Virus record (IMG/VR): IMGVR_UViG_3300004481_000388
Coordinates: 1-64,000 of that record
Source of the DNA: a virus
DNA: 64,000 bases
Strand: one strand, 5' to 3'
Shown here: positions 42,828-52,460 of the stretch, one piece after another
Layout: each line of letters begins with the position of its first letter
Numbering within the stretch: the stretch's first letter is position 1
Notes under the pieces: generated by a model
Told to the model about the DNA's origin: nothing
Databases searched by the model: none
Seen by the model: only the letters and a program-made list of their open reading frames with translations
Made by a program: the position numbers and the translations under genes

Positions 42828-43481
42828 ATGAATAGAATAGTTCACAGAGGGAGTAAGTTCTATCTCAATCAAACGATAGGTACCCTTATTGGCACCACTG
42901 GCCCCTCATCCCCCACAGCAGCAGACCTCGCACAAGGGTTTACTGGACTTCTTGGCGAGAAACATACGTATACGAGGGCGCAGGCACAGGCAGCAACGGA
43001 TACTACCGTGACTGGGTATGGCGCAACTACTAAGTTGGAAGGCGGGACGTATCAGCTAGTCAAGGTAGCGTCTACCATTACAGGTACGCCTGTTCGTGGC
43101 TGTCTTGCGTATTGGCACACCACATCTGCTAACTTAGATACGTTCCAGGTAACGCCTGATGCTGATGCAGGCACCTCTCTCTTCGCAGGCGTATTTATTA
43201 ACGCCCCAGCAGCAGGGGAGTATTGCTGGATTCAAACAGGAGGGCTGGCGTGGTTCCTTGGTGTAGCGGCACCTACAAAGACGGCAGCGGTAGGTGATCT
43301 CCTATTTGCCAGTGTCGTGTCGAATGTGTCCCGCGTGGACAACAAGGCCGATGCTACGGCGATTACGAGCGGGAATTTACGGGGACTTGTGGGGCGTGCT
43401 TATGACGCTCTCCCAGGTTCGGGGGTGTCTCGTGGCTTCCTAATTGCCGTATGTGACTTCCCTGGGGATTTGTTAGCCTAA
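42828..43481 (+). CDS. hypothetical structural-module protein
   Basis: 217-aa ORF, SD GGAAAGGA. Confidence 0.6.
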   Translation: MNRIVHRGSKFYLNQTIGTLIGTTGPSSPTAADLAQGFTGLLGEKHTYTRAQAQAATDTTVTGYGATTKLEGGTYQLVKVASTITGTPVRGCLAYWHTTSANLDTFQVTPDADAGTSLFAGVFINAPAAGEYCWIQTGGLAWFLGVAAPTKTAAVGDLLFASVVSNVSRVDNKADATAITSGNLRGLVGRAYDALPGSGVSRGFLIAVCDFPGDLLA

Positions 43482-43530
43482 TGTACGAGTGCCCCGTCTC
43501 CTACTATTCGCTTAACAGAAAGGAATAAAT

Positions 43531-43845
43531 ATGGCAGTATCATTTACAGCAGAACCAGCCCTGATGGATTATTCAGGAGCTAGGCACAAGGTGGTAATAT
43601 TAGACGGTAACTTAGGAGCATACGCAACTAACGGGGTCGCTATTACCCCGGCACAGTTTGGCCTAGCAGAGTTTACTAGCGTTCGTATTACTCCCAAGGC
43701 AGCGGCTAACATCCTGCTCTACTCGTTTGAGTACGTATGGAGTACAGGGAAAGTAGTGGGTTTGACGAATGCTGATGGGGCGGAGATTGCTAATGCTACT
43801 GATCTAAGTGGCGTGTCTCTCAGGTTTGAGGTAAAGGGAGTCTAA
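43531..43845 (+). CDS. hypothetical structural-module protein
   Basis: 104-aa ORF, SD GAAAGGA. Confidence 0.6.
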   Translation: MAVSFTAEPALMDYSGARHKVVILDGNLGAYATNGVAITPAQFGLAEFTSVRITPKAAANILLYSFEYVWSTGKVVGLTNADGAEIANATDLSGVSLRFEVKGV

Positions 43846-43903
43846 CCCCCCTCCCCCCAAGCAACGGGGCTGATAAACAAGGAACAAATAGGAGGACTAG
43901 GAC

Positions 43904-44953
43904 GTGTCTACTTTTGAATCTCTCTCTCGGCGCTTCCAAGCCCGACTACCTAGTATCAGCCCCGTTCTCGCTGAAGACTTCATATCTAACGCGTGGAAGA
44001 GGATACAAGGGGAGCGGCAGTGGAGTTTTATGCGGCGTCTAGGTACCGTGAACTTCCCCTCATCCCTTACCACAGGTACGTGCTCGGTAACTCGCGGCTC
44101 AACCACTCTCACATTTAACGCAGCAGCTATAGCGGCTATACAAGCAGATACGTCCCTTCCCCTATTAGCATACCGTCAAATTCGCCTCCCTGGTGAGCCT
44201 GACCGCATCTTTCGTATCTCTTTCGTAGACGCCGATTTTGCCACTAACGGGATAGTTACGTTAGAAGACGTGTACCTAGGCACGACCAACACCACTTCAA
44301 CCTATCAACTCTACAACGCCTACAATATCCACCTTAAAGGGGATGGAGGGGTAGAGCAGCGTGTAGGTGCTGTCCTCTACTACCGCTCTCGTTATCTATC
44401 CGCCTCTTATCTCACGGCTAAACACAAGGTAGATCAAGCAAGACTTCACCTAAACGACCCTGGGCGTACGTCTATGGGTATCCCTCGTAACTTTGCCTTC
44501 TCCCATGTTAAGCAGGTAGATATGGGGGACTATACATACGACATACCGTTTTTGGAGTTTTGGCCTCACTGCACCTCTGCACTAACCCTAGAGACGCAAT
44601 ATCTCGTCACCCCTACCTCATTTCGAGAAGACGAAACACAACTAACCCCCTCTCACATAGACGACGAACTAATCTTCCGCGCTGCACTAATAGAGGCATA
44701 TTCGTGGTGTGAGGCTAATAAGATGAACAATCCTGAACTGCGAGGGGTTAATTGGGTATTCCTAAAATCGCAACTCGTAGGCGGGGTGAACGCTATGCAC
44801 GACCCCTCTACCTACTCCCACCTCCTCCATAAGTGCAAGAAAAGGGATGACTCGTATATAAACGACACACTTATCCCGGCTGAACTCTACCGTCGTACCT
44901 TGATAGATGGTAATATGTATCCTACGAGCGTGGTGGTGGGGATTAGGAGTTAA
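43904..44953 (+). CDS. hypothetical structural-module protein
   Basis: 349-aa ORF, GTG start after AGGAGGA. Confidence 0.6.
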   Translation: MSTFESLSRRFQARLPSISPVLAEDFISNAWKRIQGERQWSFMRRLGTVNFPSSLTTGTCSVTRGSTTLTFNAAAIAAIQADTSLPLLAYRQIRLPGEPDRIFRISFVDADFATNGIVTLEDVYLGTTNTTSTYQLYNAYNIHLKGDGGVEQRVGAVLYYRSRYLSASYLTAKHKVDQARLHLNDPGRTSMGIPRNFAFSHVKQVDMGDYTYDIPFLEFWPHCTSALTLETQYLVTPTSFREDETQLTPSHIDDELIFRAALIEAYSWCEANKMNNPELRGVNWVFLKSQLVGGVNAMHDPSTYSHLLHKCKKRDDSYINDTLIPAELYRRTLIDGNMYPTSVVVGIRS

Positions 44954-44973
44954 CCCTCCCTCCCCACGAGAAA

Positions 44974-44990
44974 CGTAAACTTAGTTGACA
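44974..44990 (+). repeat. 17-bp phage repeat, type A copy
   Basis: CGTAAACTTAGTTGACA, 16 nt before ATG 45007. Confidence 0.9.
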
Positions 44991-45006
44991 GATAAGGAGA
45001 AAAGAT

Positions 45007-45306
45007 ATGTCTTGGTCACTCTCAATAGGCCCAACAAAAAAAGAGAACTTACGTGAGGCTATCAACGCTACTTCTATTACTGACTATATTGCTAATTCTG
45101 GCCCGATGCTAGACCAACTCCACGCTGCCTTTGACGCAGCGGAGTTATTAGCAAAGTCCGTCCCTGGCCCCTACATTATCTTGGGGCTATCAGGACACGC
45201 GAATGGCGTAGGATGGCAAAAGAAGGAAGGCACTGCTAATGATACTATTGATGTAAGAGTTACGCAGGTTACTGAAGAAGACTTACATTATTATAAGCAA
45301 ACATAA
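45007..45306 (+). CDS. hypothetical protein
   Basis: 99-aa ORF, SD AAGGAGAA. Confidence 0.6.
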   Translation: MSWSLSIGPTKKENLREAINATSITDYIANSGPMLDQLHAAFDAAELLAKSVPGPYIILGLSGHANGVGWQKKEGTANDTIDVRVTQVTEEDLHYYKQT

Positions 45307-45328
45307 CACAAAACAGAAAGGAAACTTT

Positions 45329-45628
45329 ATGGCACAAGGAAATATGGACTCTCCAATGACCCCAGCGTGGGGGTGTTCGATGACCCCCTCAAACACAGCT
45401 AACCATCTCCCCTCTGGCATTACCCCCCAAAAGCCGATGGAACCAATTGGCACACTCGAAACAGGCGTATCCCTCTCTCCCAAGGAAGGGAATTTCACGC
45501 CATTTCTCGAACAGGATGGGATGCAGAAGTCTAACCTCCCTACACACAAGGCAGGAAGTGTGGGAGGGAAGATGACAAATCTCGACTCCCCTATGACCGA
45601 CACACTCTTGGGGGGCTTGAAAATCTAA
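45329..45628 (+). CDS. hypothetical protein
   Basis: 99-aa ORF, SD GAAAGGAAA. Confidence 0.55.
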   Translation: MAQGNMDSPMTPAWGCSMTPSNTANHLPSGITPQKPMEPIGTLETGVSLSPKEGNFTPFLEQDGMQKSNLPTHKAGSVGGKMTNLDSPMTDTLLGGLKI

Positions 45629-45716
45629 CCTCTCCTCCTCTTTACTAGCCTCTTCACGCCTTTACTAGCCCCGTCAATTCCTTAGCCCCCTCTACTCTAG
45701 CCCCCACTTAGAGAAT

Positions 45717-48700
45717 ATGAAACGTCAACTTAGTTTACACTTCCCCCTATTCCTTATACTTCTCATCTCTTCGCTTTTACTCTCTACTCCCTCCTTAGCA
45801 CAGTCAGTGGTTAAGTACCAAGACTACGCGTCTAAGGGTGGGGTGAGTGCAGTGGTGCAAGGAACCCCCTCCACCAACAAATTCCCGCAAGTGTTTCCAG
45901 GGTGCACTGTAACCGTATATCTAACAGGCACAACGACACTAGCTACGATATACACGAACTCGTCTCTAACCCCTAAAAGTAACCCTTTCACGGCTGATAG
46001 TGAGGGAAGAGTAGAGTTTTATATAGCGCCGGGTAGTTATGATATACGCTATAGTGGGACAGGGATAACTACACCATTTACTAGATCGGCGGTTAATATT
46101 GGGTCAGGCAGCGGAGGAGGGGGCAGTGGTGTAACTACTACACTATATAATCCTCTTCTATATACTTGCGTAGGAGATGGTGTTACAGATGATCGTAACT
46201 GTCTTAACACCCTTGTTAATACGACTATACAACCAGCAGGAGGAAGGCTACTCCTCTCTGCTACATTTCTCATAAACTCTAATCTCAGCATTCCAGCAAA
46301 CGTTCACATAGATGGGCAATCCGTGGGATACATTAAGGTAGCTACGGGCAAGACGCTGACTGTGCTGGGCAGTATGCCACGCTTCCCCTTGCAATATTTC
46401 ACGAACTGCGGGCCAAGTCTCGGCACCGTTGATTTCACTGGTAATTACAAAATCGTCGAAGTGTTTCCCGAATGGTTCGGCGCAGATGCGAGCCTGGCTG
46501 ACAGTGCAGGCTACACCACGAACTATCGGGCGCTTTATGCGGCGATTCATTCGGCGTTTGGTAATCGGGCATCCATATCTGCCGCGACTAATGCCGCGAC
46601 GGTGCAGTTCACCTACACGGGGGCGAAAATCTCTACGGGTGATACGATCCTGATTTCCGGGGCAACGGGGAATTGGGATAATGGTGGTAATACGATTAAC
46701 GGGAGTTGGACGGCTACTGCGACGGGGGATCACACCTTTACAATTCCGAGAGATTCCACCACGTTTGGCCCGCTCACGGGCACGGTCGTCGCACACACCA
46801 GAAAGAACGGCGTCAATACGCAGTTCAACCGCACGCTGGTGCTAAACGGCGAATATTCGATTAACGATGAAATCCCGCTCTATCACGTCCTGGGGTTCTC
46901 AATGCAGGGGGGGAACCAACTCAATCACGGCATCCGGCAGCGCGTCAATGACAAGCGGATATTCGCCGGGGAATCGGTTGCCTACGGAACTTTTAAAAAT
47001 CTGCGGTTCTCAACTTCAGGTACGTTATCTGGTGGGGGGTTACTAGAGATCAACTACGGCGCAACCCAGGGCGACGATCTCAGGCCACAGAATATCACTT
47101 TTCAGGATTGCGTCTTTGATGGGAACTCCTCGGCGCTTGTAGGGGTTTGGATTGCGAAGAGTGGAGGCGGCAGTCAGGGCGACAATATCCGCTTTCTCTA
47201 TTGCTATGGGCGTTCCTTCACGCACTCAGCTATATTACTAGGCGGAAATGGCATTGCCCCCCTGACAGGCTCCTCCTATGCAACCAATGCGATTCAAGTC
47301 ATTGTCGAAGGTGGAGATTATCAAAACAACCCTAAGTACGCACACGCCGGGTATGGCGGTAGCTTCATCATATCCAACGTTTCATACGAGAATCAGGTAC
47401 TAGGGTCGAATGGACGCCCAACGCAGACTGGGGCAGATGTTCACTGCGAAGGGAACTCCTTCCGTTGCAAACTCCTCAATTCCCGCTCTGAATCCTTGCG
47501 CGTCGTGGAGGGCGAGGTGGACATCGAAAATCTCCTCATGTCCTCTAACGGATGGTTGCAAAACTGGTACGACTCAAACGCTGCTACCACGCTCACTGGC
47601 ACCGAAGCCTACGTTGGGCAACTGGTCAGCGGCTCGAAATCGGGCGGGGATGGGAAAGTCTATCGCGTCACGAGAGCCGATAACGTCAACACCGGATACC
47701 GCACGATGACCTCGATCACATTGCCTAATGTCATTGGGGATTCCACTGGTACCTATACAGTCAACGAACTGGCGGGTTTAAAGATTTATGCCCAATTCCA
47801 GAGCAACCTTTTCGTCGCCTTCGCGGGCACAGTCGTATCCAACACCGCGACGACGATCACCGTAGACACCACAGGCAGTGCGTACACGCTCTCGGATTAC
47901 ACTGCCGGGAACACGAAATATATTGTCTATTACCAGCTACCTATCTGGGGCGGCGTAGCGAAGACCACAGCAACAGGGGGGAGTGGCACAGGCAGCGGCG
48001 CGACGATTACGAAAACGGGCGCAGGGTGGACGGTGAACGCCTTCACGGGCTGGCGCGTGTCTCTCCTGGGCAATATTAGTAGTCAAAAGGGAGCCTTACA
48101 ATGGGGCATCATCGCCTCCAATACTGCCGACACGATTACCCTTGATGCAACAGGGTGGCGCTGCGACTATCCGCTCGACTATCTCCATCCTGATTATCAA
48201 ATTGTTGCGGCGGATAACACCTCTGAGTTCTGCGTTGAGCCGAACTGGGGCACGACGACGACCAGCGGCACGCTGATTGACTTTGCCGCGTATGACTACT
48301 ATGCCATTGATGGGGCGAGTCCTGGCACGAATTATCATGTCGGCTACATAAAGAACTCGAACGTGGGCAGTGGGGCGATGGTGCGTACCCTGAGTACAGA
48401 CATTGACGGCTTACAGGTGTCTCGTGCGGATTGGAACCCTGCGGCGGGTCTTTGGGATGACGGATTCCATAGGCGTCATTGGAAGGGCATTGAGGTCATT
48501 CGAGAACGTGGGTTTCAAAAGCCTCTTCCCTGGGTGCCAACGCGCAACGGGTCAACCTCTCCGCTTGGCCCTACCCCGAAAGTCGTTACGTTTGGCACCG
48601 ACTTTATCACCTGGAACCGGGGACTCTACGGAGGTGGTTCAACGCTCACCGATCTAGGGATTGGCCCCGGTGATGGAGCCAACGCGAATAGCACTCTCAA

Positions 48701-49586
48701 CAAAGACATCCTCGCGTTCGCTGGTGGGATGTTCGGCAAACGTAGTGCGCGCGGCACCAATCAAACGGGACTTGATCTCAATCTCGCTCCTGGCGCAGGT
48801 ACGGGTTCAGCCAACGGAGGCAACCTTAACTTCTACTACTTCCCCGCAGGTTCTTCTGGCGTCACCGAGAACACTCGCGCCAATGCTTGGAGAATATCAG
48901 GCTCGGCGGGGCATCTCTTAGGGGTCACGGACAACACCTTCGACATCGGTGCCAACGGTGCCACCAGACCCCGCACAGGTTACTTCGGGACATCTATCGT
49001 CAGTCCTATCGGCACCTTCGCTACATCCATCTCTAGTCCCAAGATCACGAATCTCACCACCAATGGCCTTATCACGACCTCTAGCGGCGACGGAACCCTT
49101 GGGATCACAGTCCCAGCCACGGGCATTCTTACGTTCCTCGCAACCTCCTCTAGCGCGAACCTGGCTTCTGCCCTGACCGACGAAACCGGCACCGGAGCAA
49201 CAGTGTTCGCGGGAAGTCCGACCTTCACGGGCACGACTACGATGGCAACAGCCGCCCCAACAAACATAGTCTCAACCCCTAGTGCCCCGGCTCAACTTAC
49301 AGCCAACACAAACGACTGGGCACCTACTCTTACCCTAATCATCCGTGCCTCTAGTGATGCTGCTAGGAACGTGACTGGGCTGGTAGCGGGGACAAGTGGG
49401 CAAGTCATTTATCTATGGAACGTGGGGGCACAGAACATCGTCCTCATTCATGAGTCTGCTTCTTCTACTACCGCTAATAGGTTCCTCACATCCACTGGGG
49501 TAGACCTAACCCTAGCTGCTAATAAATGTGCGTTGATGTTCTACGACGGCACTACAGCAAGATGGAGAGTGGCGTTGTTGCCCTAA
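45717..49586 (+). CDS. large tail fibre/tailspike-like protein with a pectate-lyase-type beta-helix region and an N-terminal Sec-type signal peptide
   Basis: 1289 aa. N-terminus MKRQLSLHFPLFLILLISSLLLSTPSLAQS. CVGDGVTDDRNC beta-helix signature. Fibre-type motif LASALTDETGTGATVFAGSPTFTG. Confidence 0.7.
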   Translation: MKRQLSLHFPLFLILLISSLLLSTPSLAQSVVKYQDYASKGGVSAVVQGTPSTNKFPQVFPGCTVTVYLTGTTTLATIYTNSSLTPKSNPFTADSEGRVEFYIAPGSYDIRYSGTGITTPFTRSAVNIGSGSGGGGSGVTTTLYNPLLYTCVGDGVTDDRNCLNTLVNTTIQPAGGRLLLSATFLINSNLSIPANVHIDGQSVGYIKVATGKTLTVLGSMPRFPLQYFTNCGPSLGTVDFTGNYKIVEVFPEWFGADASLADSAGYTTNYRALYAAIHSAFGNRASISAATNAATVQFTYTGAKISTGDTILISGATGNWDNGGNTINGSWTATATGDHTFTIPRDSTTFGPLTGTVVAHTRKNGVNTQFNRTLVLNGEYSINDEIPLYHVLGFSMQGGNQLNHGIRQRVNDKRIFAGESVAYGTFKNLRFSTSGTLSGGGLLEINYGATQGDDLRPQNITFQDCVFDGNSSALVGVWIAKSGGGSQGDNIRFLYCYGRSFTHSAILLGGNGIAPLTGSSYATNAIQVIVEGGDYQNNPKYAHAGYGGSFIISNVSYENQVLGSNGRPTQTGADVHCEGNSFRCKLLNSRSESLRVVEGEVDIENLLMSSNGWLQNWYDSNAATTLTGTEAYVGQLVSGSKSGGDGKVYRVTRADNVNTGYRTMTSITLPNVIGDSTGTYTVNELAGLKIYAQFQSNLFVAFAGTVVSNTATTITVDTTGSAYTLSDYTAGNTKYIVYYQLPIWGGVAKTTATGGSGTGSGATITKTGAGWTVNAFTGWRVSLLGNISSQKGALQWGIIASNTADTITLDATGWRCDYPLDYLHPDYQIVAADNTSEFCVEPNWGTTTTSGTLIDFAAYDYYAIDGASPGTNYHVGYIKNSNVGSGAMVRTLSTDIDGLQVSRADWNPAAGLWDDGFHRRHWKGIEVIRERGFQKPLPWVPTRNGSTSPLGPTPKVVTFGTDFITWNRGLYGGGSTLTDLGIGPGDGANANSTLNKDILAFAGGMFGKRSARGTNQTGLDLNLAPGAGTGSANGGNLNFYYFPAGSSGVTENTRANAWRISGSAGHLLGVTDNTFDIGANGATRPRTGYFGTSIVSPIGTFATSISSPKITNLTTNGLITTSSGDGTLGITVPATGILTFLATSSSANLASALTDETGTGATVFAGSPTFTGTTTMATAAPTNIVSTPSAPAQLTANTNDWAPTLTLIIRASSDAARNVTGLVAGTSGQVIYLWNVGAQNIVLIHESASSTTANRFLTSTGVDLTLAANKCALMFYDGTTARWRVALLP
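45723..45739 (+). repeat. 17-bp phage repeat with swapped half-sites, inside the first codons of the fibre gene
   Basis: CGTCAACTTAGTTTACA followed by CTTCC. Encodes RQLSLHF of the signal peptide. Confidence 0.75.
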
Positions 49587-49587
49587 A

Positions 49588-49604
49588 CGTAAACTTAGTT
49601 GACA
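49588..49604 (+). repeat. 17-bp phage repeat, type A copy
   Basis: CGTAAACTTAGTTGACA followed by TAT, 20 nt before ATG 49625. Confidence 0.9.
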
Positions 49605-49624
49605 TATTGCACTAAAGGAGAACC

Positions 49625-51361
49625 ATGAAGAGATTTATATTAACTATTATCTTACTCCCACTTTTACTCATCCTTCTACTTACTACGTCTTTATGGGCAC
49701 AAGGTAGTTCTTCGTCTCACCCTGTTCGTAAAGTAACGTCATTACCTGCTACGTGTACTGCGGTGGGTAGTAGTAATAGTAGTGATTCTGTACTCTACCA
49801 GGGTAGGCTTTATCTATGCACAAGTACGAATACATGGACAGCCGTATCAACAGGCGCAATGGGGATCACTAGCTTGGGAGGGCAGACAGGCGCGACTCAG
49901 ACCTTTGCAAATGATACAAATGTCACTATCTCAAGTAGCGGCGATACTCATACGTTGGGGTGGGCTGGAACACTAGCAGCGGGCAGGCTGAACAGTAATG
50001 TTGTTCAGGCAATCACCAATGATACTAATATTCAAGGCTCAATTACCGCACAGAATTTGACACTAGCTTGGGCTGGAACACTCGCCAAAGCCCGACAGCA
50101 CACAGCAACCGTATATAACGATGCGGCCAATGTCTGGTCAACTGGGTTGCAGGACTTTAATGCAGCTACCATAAAGGTACCTATTAGTATTGGGTATGCC
50201 CCAACGGTAAGCGGCTTGTTTGGCTATGACTCCACGGCGAATGTGTTCACGGGCGGTGCGAATGGGACGAATCGCATCTTCGTGACTCGTGATGCGACAG
50301 AAGCCTTGGCGAACAAAACCCTGGGAGCGACCACCTTCACAGGGAAGCTCTCTGGCTCAGGAGCAGCCCTGGAATTGGATGATGTGAACGGCGTGCAGGC
50401 GTCAGGCGGGATTCGGATGGGTTCAGCGGCCAATAATCACACAAGTCTTGGTTGGGTAGCGGGGCTTATAGGTGTACGAACAACGGGAAAATATGGTTTC
50501 ACATCCTCAGCTACAGATGCCACTGGTACGCAGGATACCTCTTGGTGTCGCAATGCTGCTGGGGTTCACGAATTTAATAGAGGGGCTTGTGGTTCAAATT
50601 TAGGGTTAAAAGTAACCGCTACAGCAAGCGGAGTAAATAACCTCAACATCGCTAGTGCAGCTACTACTGGACACCCTACAATCACAGCAGAGGGCAGTGA
50701 TACTAATATCAACGTGAATCTAGTTCCTAAAGGCTCAGGCGTTGGGCAGGTTAACGGGTCAACAATAGTCACTTCTGACAACACGATCACGAAAACCAAT
50801 CTAACCCTCGACGCCGAAGGGACGGGTAATGTACTCGCGATCCCCGTGAAATTCGGCGTGGCGGCGGCGGGGTGCAATGGAACCACGGCAGGGAACGTCT
50901 TGAACCTGCCCACGTCCGCCGCGCCAACGGCGGCGTGTATCGGCACCACAGTCACGACAGGCTTTTTGGATTACGCTGATGGTTCCACCACAGCCGCGCA
51001 CGGGATTTTTACTCTGCCTAGTGATTGGACTTCGACAGGCGGGGTAGACATTACGCTCTACTACACAGGATCAACCAGTTCCACGAATAACTTTCGGGCG
51101 CAGGTGTCCACGGGATGCGTGGCGGACGGTGAAGATTTAACCGCCCCAACATTCAACACGGCCAGCGCCTCTAACACGGCTGGCCCAACCACAGCAGCGC
51201 AACGCAAGAGCGTGACGTTTACAGGCGTAGCTGTAACGAACTGCGCAGCCTCAGAAACCATGTACGTGAAAATTGAGCGTGTAGGTGCCGATGCAGGCGA
51301 TGCAAATACAGGGAATTTCCGGCTGTTAGAGATGATTGTCACGATTCGGAGGTCAATGTAA
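49625..51361 (+). CDS. second fibre-like protein with an N-terminal Sec-type signal peptide
   Basis: 578 aa. N-terminus MKRFILTIILLPLLLILLLTTSLWAQGSS. G/T/S/A-rich fibre-like composition. Confidence 0.65.
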   Translation: MKRFILTIILLPLLLILLLTTSLWAQGSSSSHPVRKVTSLPATCTAVGSSNSSDSVLYQGRLYLCTSTNTWTAVSTGAMGITSLGGQTGATQTFANDTNVTISSSGDTHTLGWAGTLAAGRLNSNVVQAITNDTNIQGSITAQNLTLAWAGTLAKARQHTATVYNDAANVWSTGLQDFNAATIKVPISIGYAPTVSGLFGYDSTANVFTGGANGTNRIFVTRDATEALANKTLGATTFTGKLSGSGAALELDDVNGVQASGGIRMGSAANNHTSLGWVAGLIGVRTTGKYGFTSSATDATGTQDTSWCRNAAGVHEFNRGACGSNLGLKVTATASGVNNLNIASAATTGHPTITAEGSDTNINVNLVPKGSGVGQVNGSTIVTSDNTITKTNLTLDAEGTGNVLAIPVKFGVAAAGCNGTTAGNVLNLPTSAAPTAACIGTTVTTGFLDYADGSTTAAHGIFTLPSDWTSTGGVDITLYYTGSTSSTNNFRAQVSTGCVADGEDLTAPTFNTASASNTAGPTTAAQRKSVTFTGVAVTNCAASETMYVKIERVGADAGDANTGNFRLLEMIVTIRRSM

Positions 51362-52038
51362 TGCTACGACGAGAGTTTATCAAATCTGCTGCGGCAGGAT
51401 TATTCCTGCCTACATATTCCTGGGGGCAGGATCGCTATGGCGCGAGCATCGGGCGACGCCCGCAGGTAGGGACAGGACTTACGGTGGCCTTCGATGCTGC
51501 GACGAGCAGCACCACCACATCTTTCAGCCATACCTGTACCGGGTCGAACCGACTTTTAATTCTATTTATCAAAACCAAAGACCTGTCAGGCGGTATATCA
51601 GCAACTTACAATAGCGTTAGTTTTAGCGCCAGCGGCAACACTGCTGATATTCAAGGCACAGATTTATCTTTATACCGGGTTTATCTGATGAGCCTAGTAG
51701 CGCCAGCGAGCGGCACCAATACCGTAGCAGTGACCGGCACCGGACTGGTATCGTTTATCACTGCCAGCTTTACGGACGTGCATCAAACTACGGCGCTTGG
51801 AACCATATCAGCACAAACCGCCACCGCTACTGTATCTCCAAGTGGGTACACTTCGGGGGATATGATTATCGGGGCTTCCATAGACACTAGCACAGGAACT
51901 TTGAGTTCCAGCAATACCGCAATCGGTACCTCGACCTCAGGTTTGCTTGGTGGCCGCCGCAGCGATTCCGGTAGCTTAACCTGGACAGGGCACGCAGATG
52001 AAAAAGCAGTTATTGGTGTAGTGGTTAAGCACGCATAG
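51361..52038 (+). CDS. hypothetical protein with a twin-arginine (Tat) signal
   Basis: 225 aa. N-terminus MLRREFIKSAAAGLFLPTYSWGQ. TAATG overlap with the upstream stop. GC-rich composition. Confidence 0.6.
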   Translation: MLRREFIKSAAAGLFLPTYSWGQDRYGASIGRRPQVGTGLTVAFDAATSSTTTSFSHTCTGSNRLLILFIKTKDLSGGISATYNSVSFSASGNTADIQGTDLSLYRVYLMSLVAPASGTNTVAVTGTGLVSFITASFTDVHQTTALGTISAQTATATVSPSGYTSGDMIIGASIDTSTGTLSSSNTAIGTSTSGLLGGRRSDSGSLTWTGHADEKAVIGVVVKHA

Positions 52039-52173
52039 GCAGACGACCGCCTGTCTCACTGTAACGCCCAAAGCCCGCTGATTCCGGCGGGAAGCCAAGC
52101 GCGACTGCCTACGTTGCTATCACGCACCTACTCTTTGCCCCATCAACCTAGCCCTTATAGGACATACACATAT

Positions 52174-52407
52174 ATGAGCAAACAAATTACTTTTCTAATA
52201 GGCGCACTAGGAGTTATCGCAGGAGTGTTGGATAAATTCTCTGACACCTTTGCTGGCTACCCCACAATATCAAAATTCCTTCCCGTAGCTATCGCCATAA
52301 CCCTAGCACTTGTGGCATACTATAACCTCTACTGGAACCCTGATGGCACCCATGCTTCTGAAGCCTATAAGCCAAAAGGTAAGGATGACGAGAATAACGA
52401 GGAGTAA
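52174..52407 (+). CDS. two-TM small membrane protein (holin-like topology)
   Basis: Part of ORF 52114..52407, starting at ATG 52174. TM helices ITFLIGALGVIAGVL and FLPVAIAITLALVAYYNLYW, with a charged C-terminus. Confidence 0.45.
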   Translation: MSKQITFLIGALGVIAGVLDKFSDTFAGYPTISKFLPVAIAITLALVAYYNLYWNPDGTHASEAYKPKGKDDENNEE

Positions 52408-52425
52408 ACGTAAACCAAGTTGACA
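52403..52425 (+). repeat. 17-bp phage repeat, type A variant, with a duplicated GTAAAC
   Basis: AGTAAAC-GTAAACCAAGTTGACA followed by CTTC. The first TAA is the stop codon of the holin-like gene. Confidence 0.85.
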
Positions 52426-52460
52426 CTTCTACTAACACGTAGAAATAAGGAGTCCCAAAT

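Noticed and set aside
46049-51342. Minus-strand ORFs inside the fibre genes (46248..46796, 48980..49267, 50566..50955 and others)
   Set aside because: High GC content suppresses stop codons in the antisense frames. The ORFs are R/P/A-rich and lie entirely within long, motif-supported plus-strand genes.
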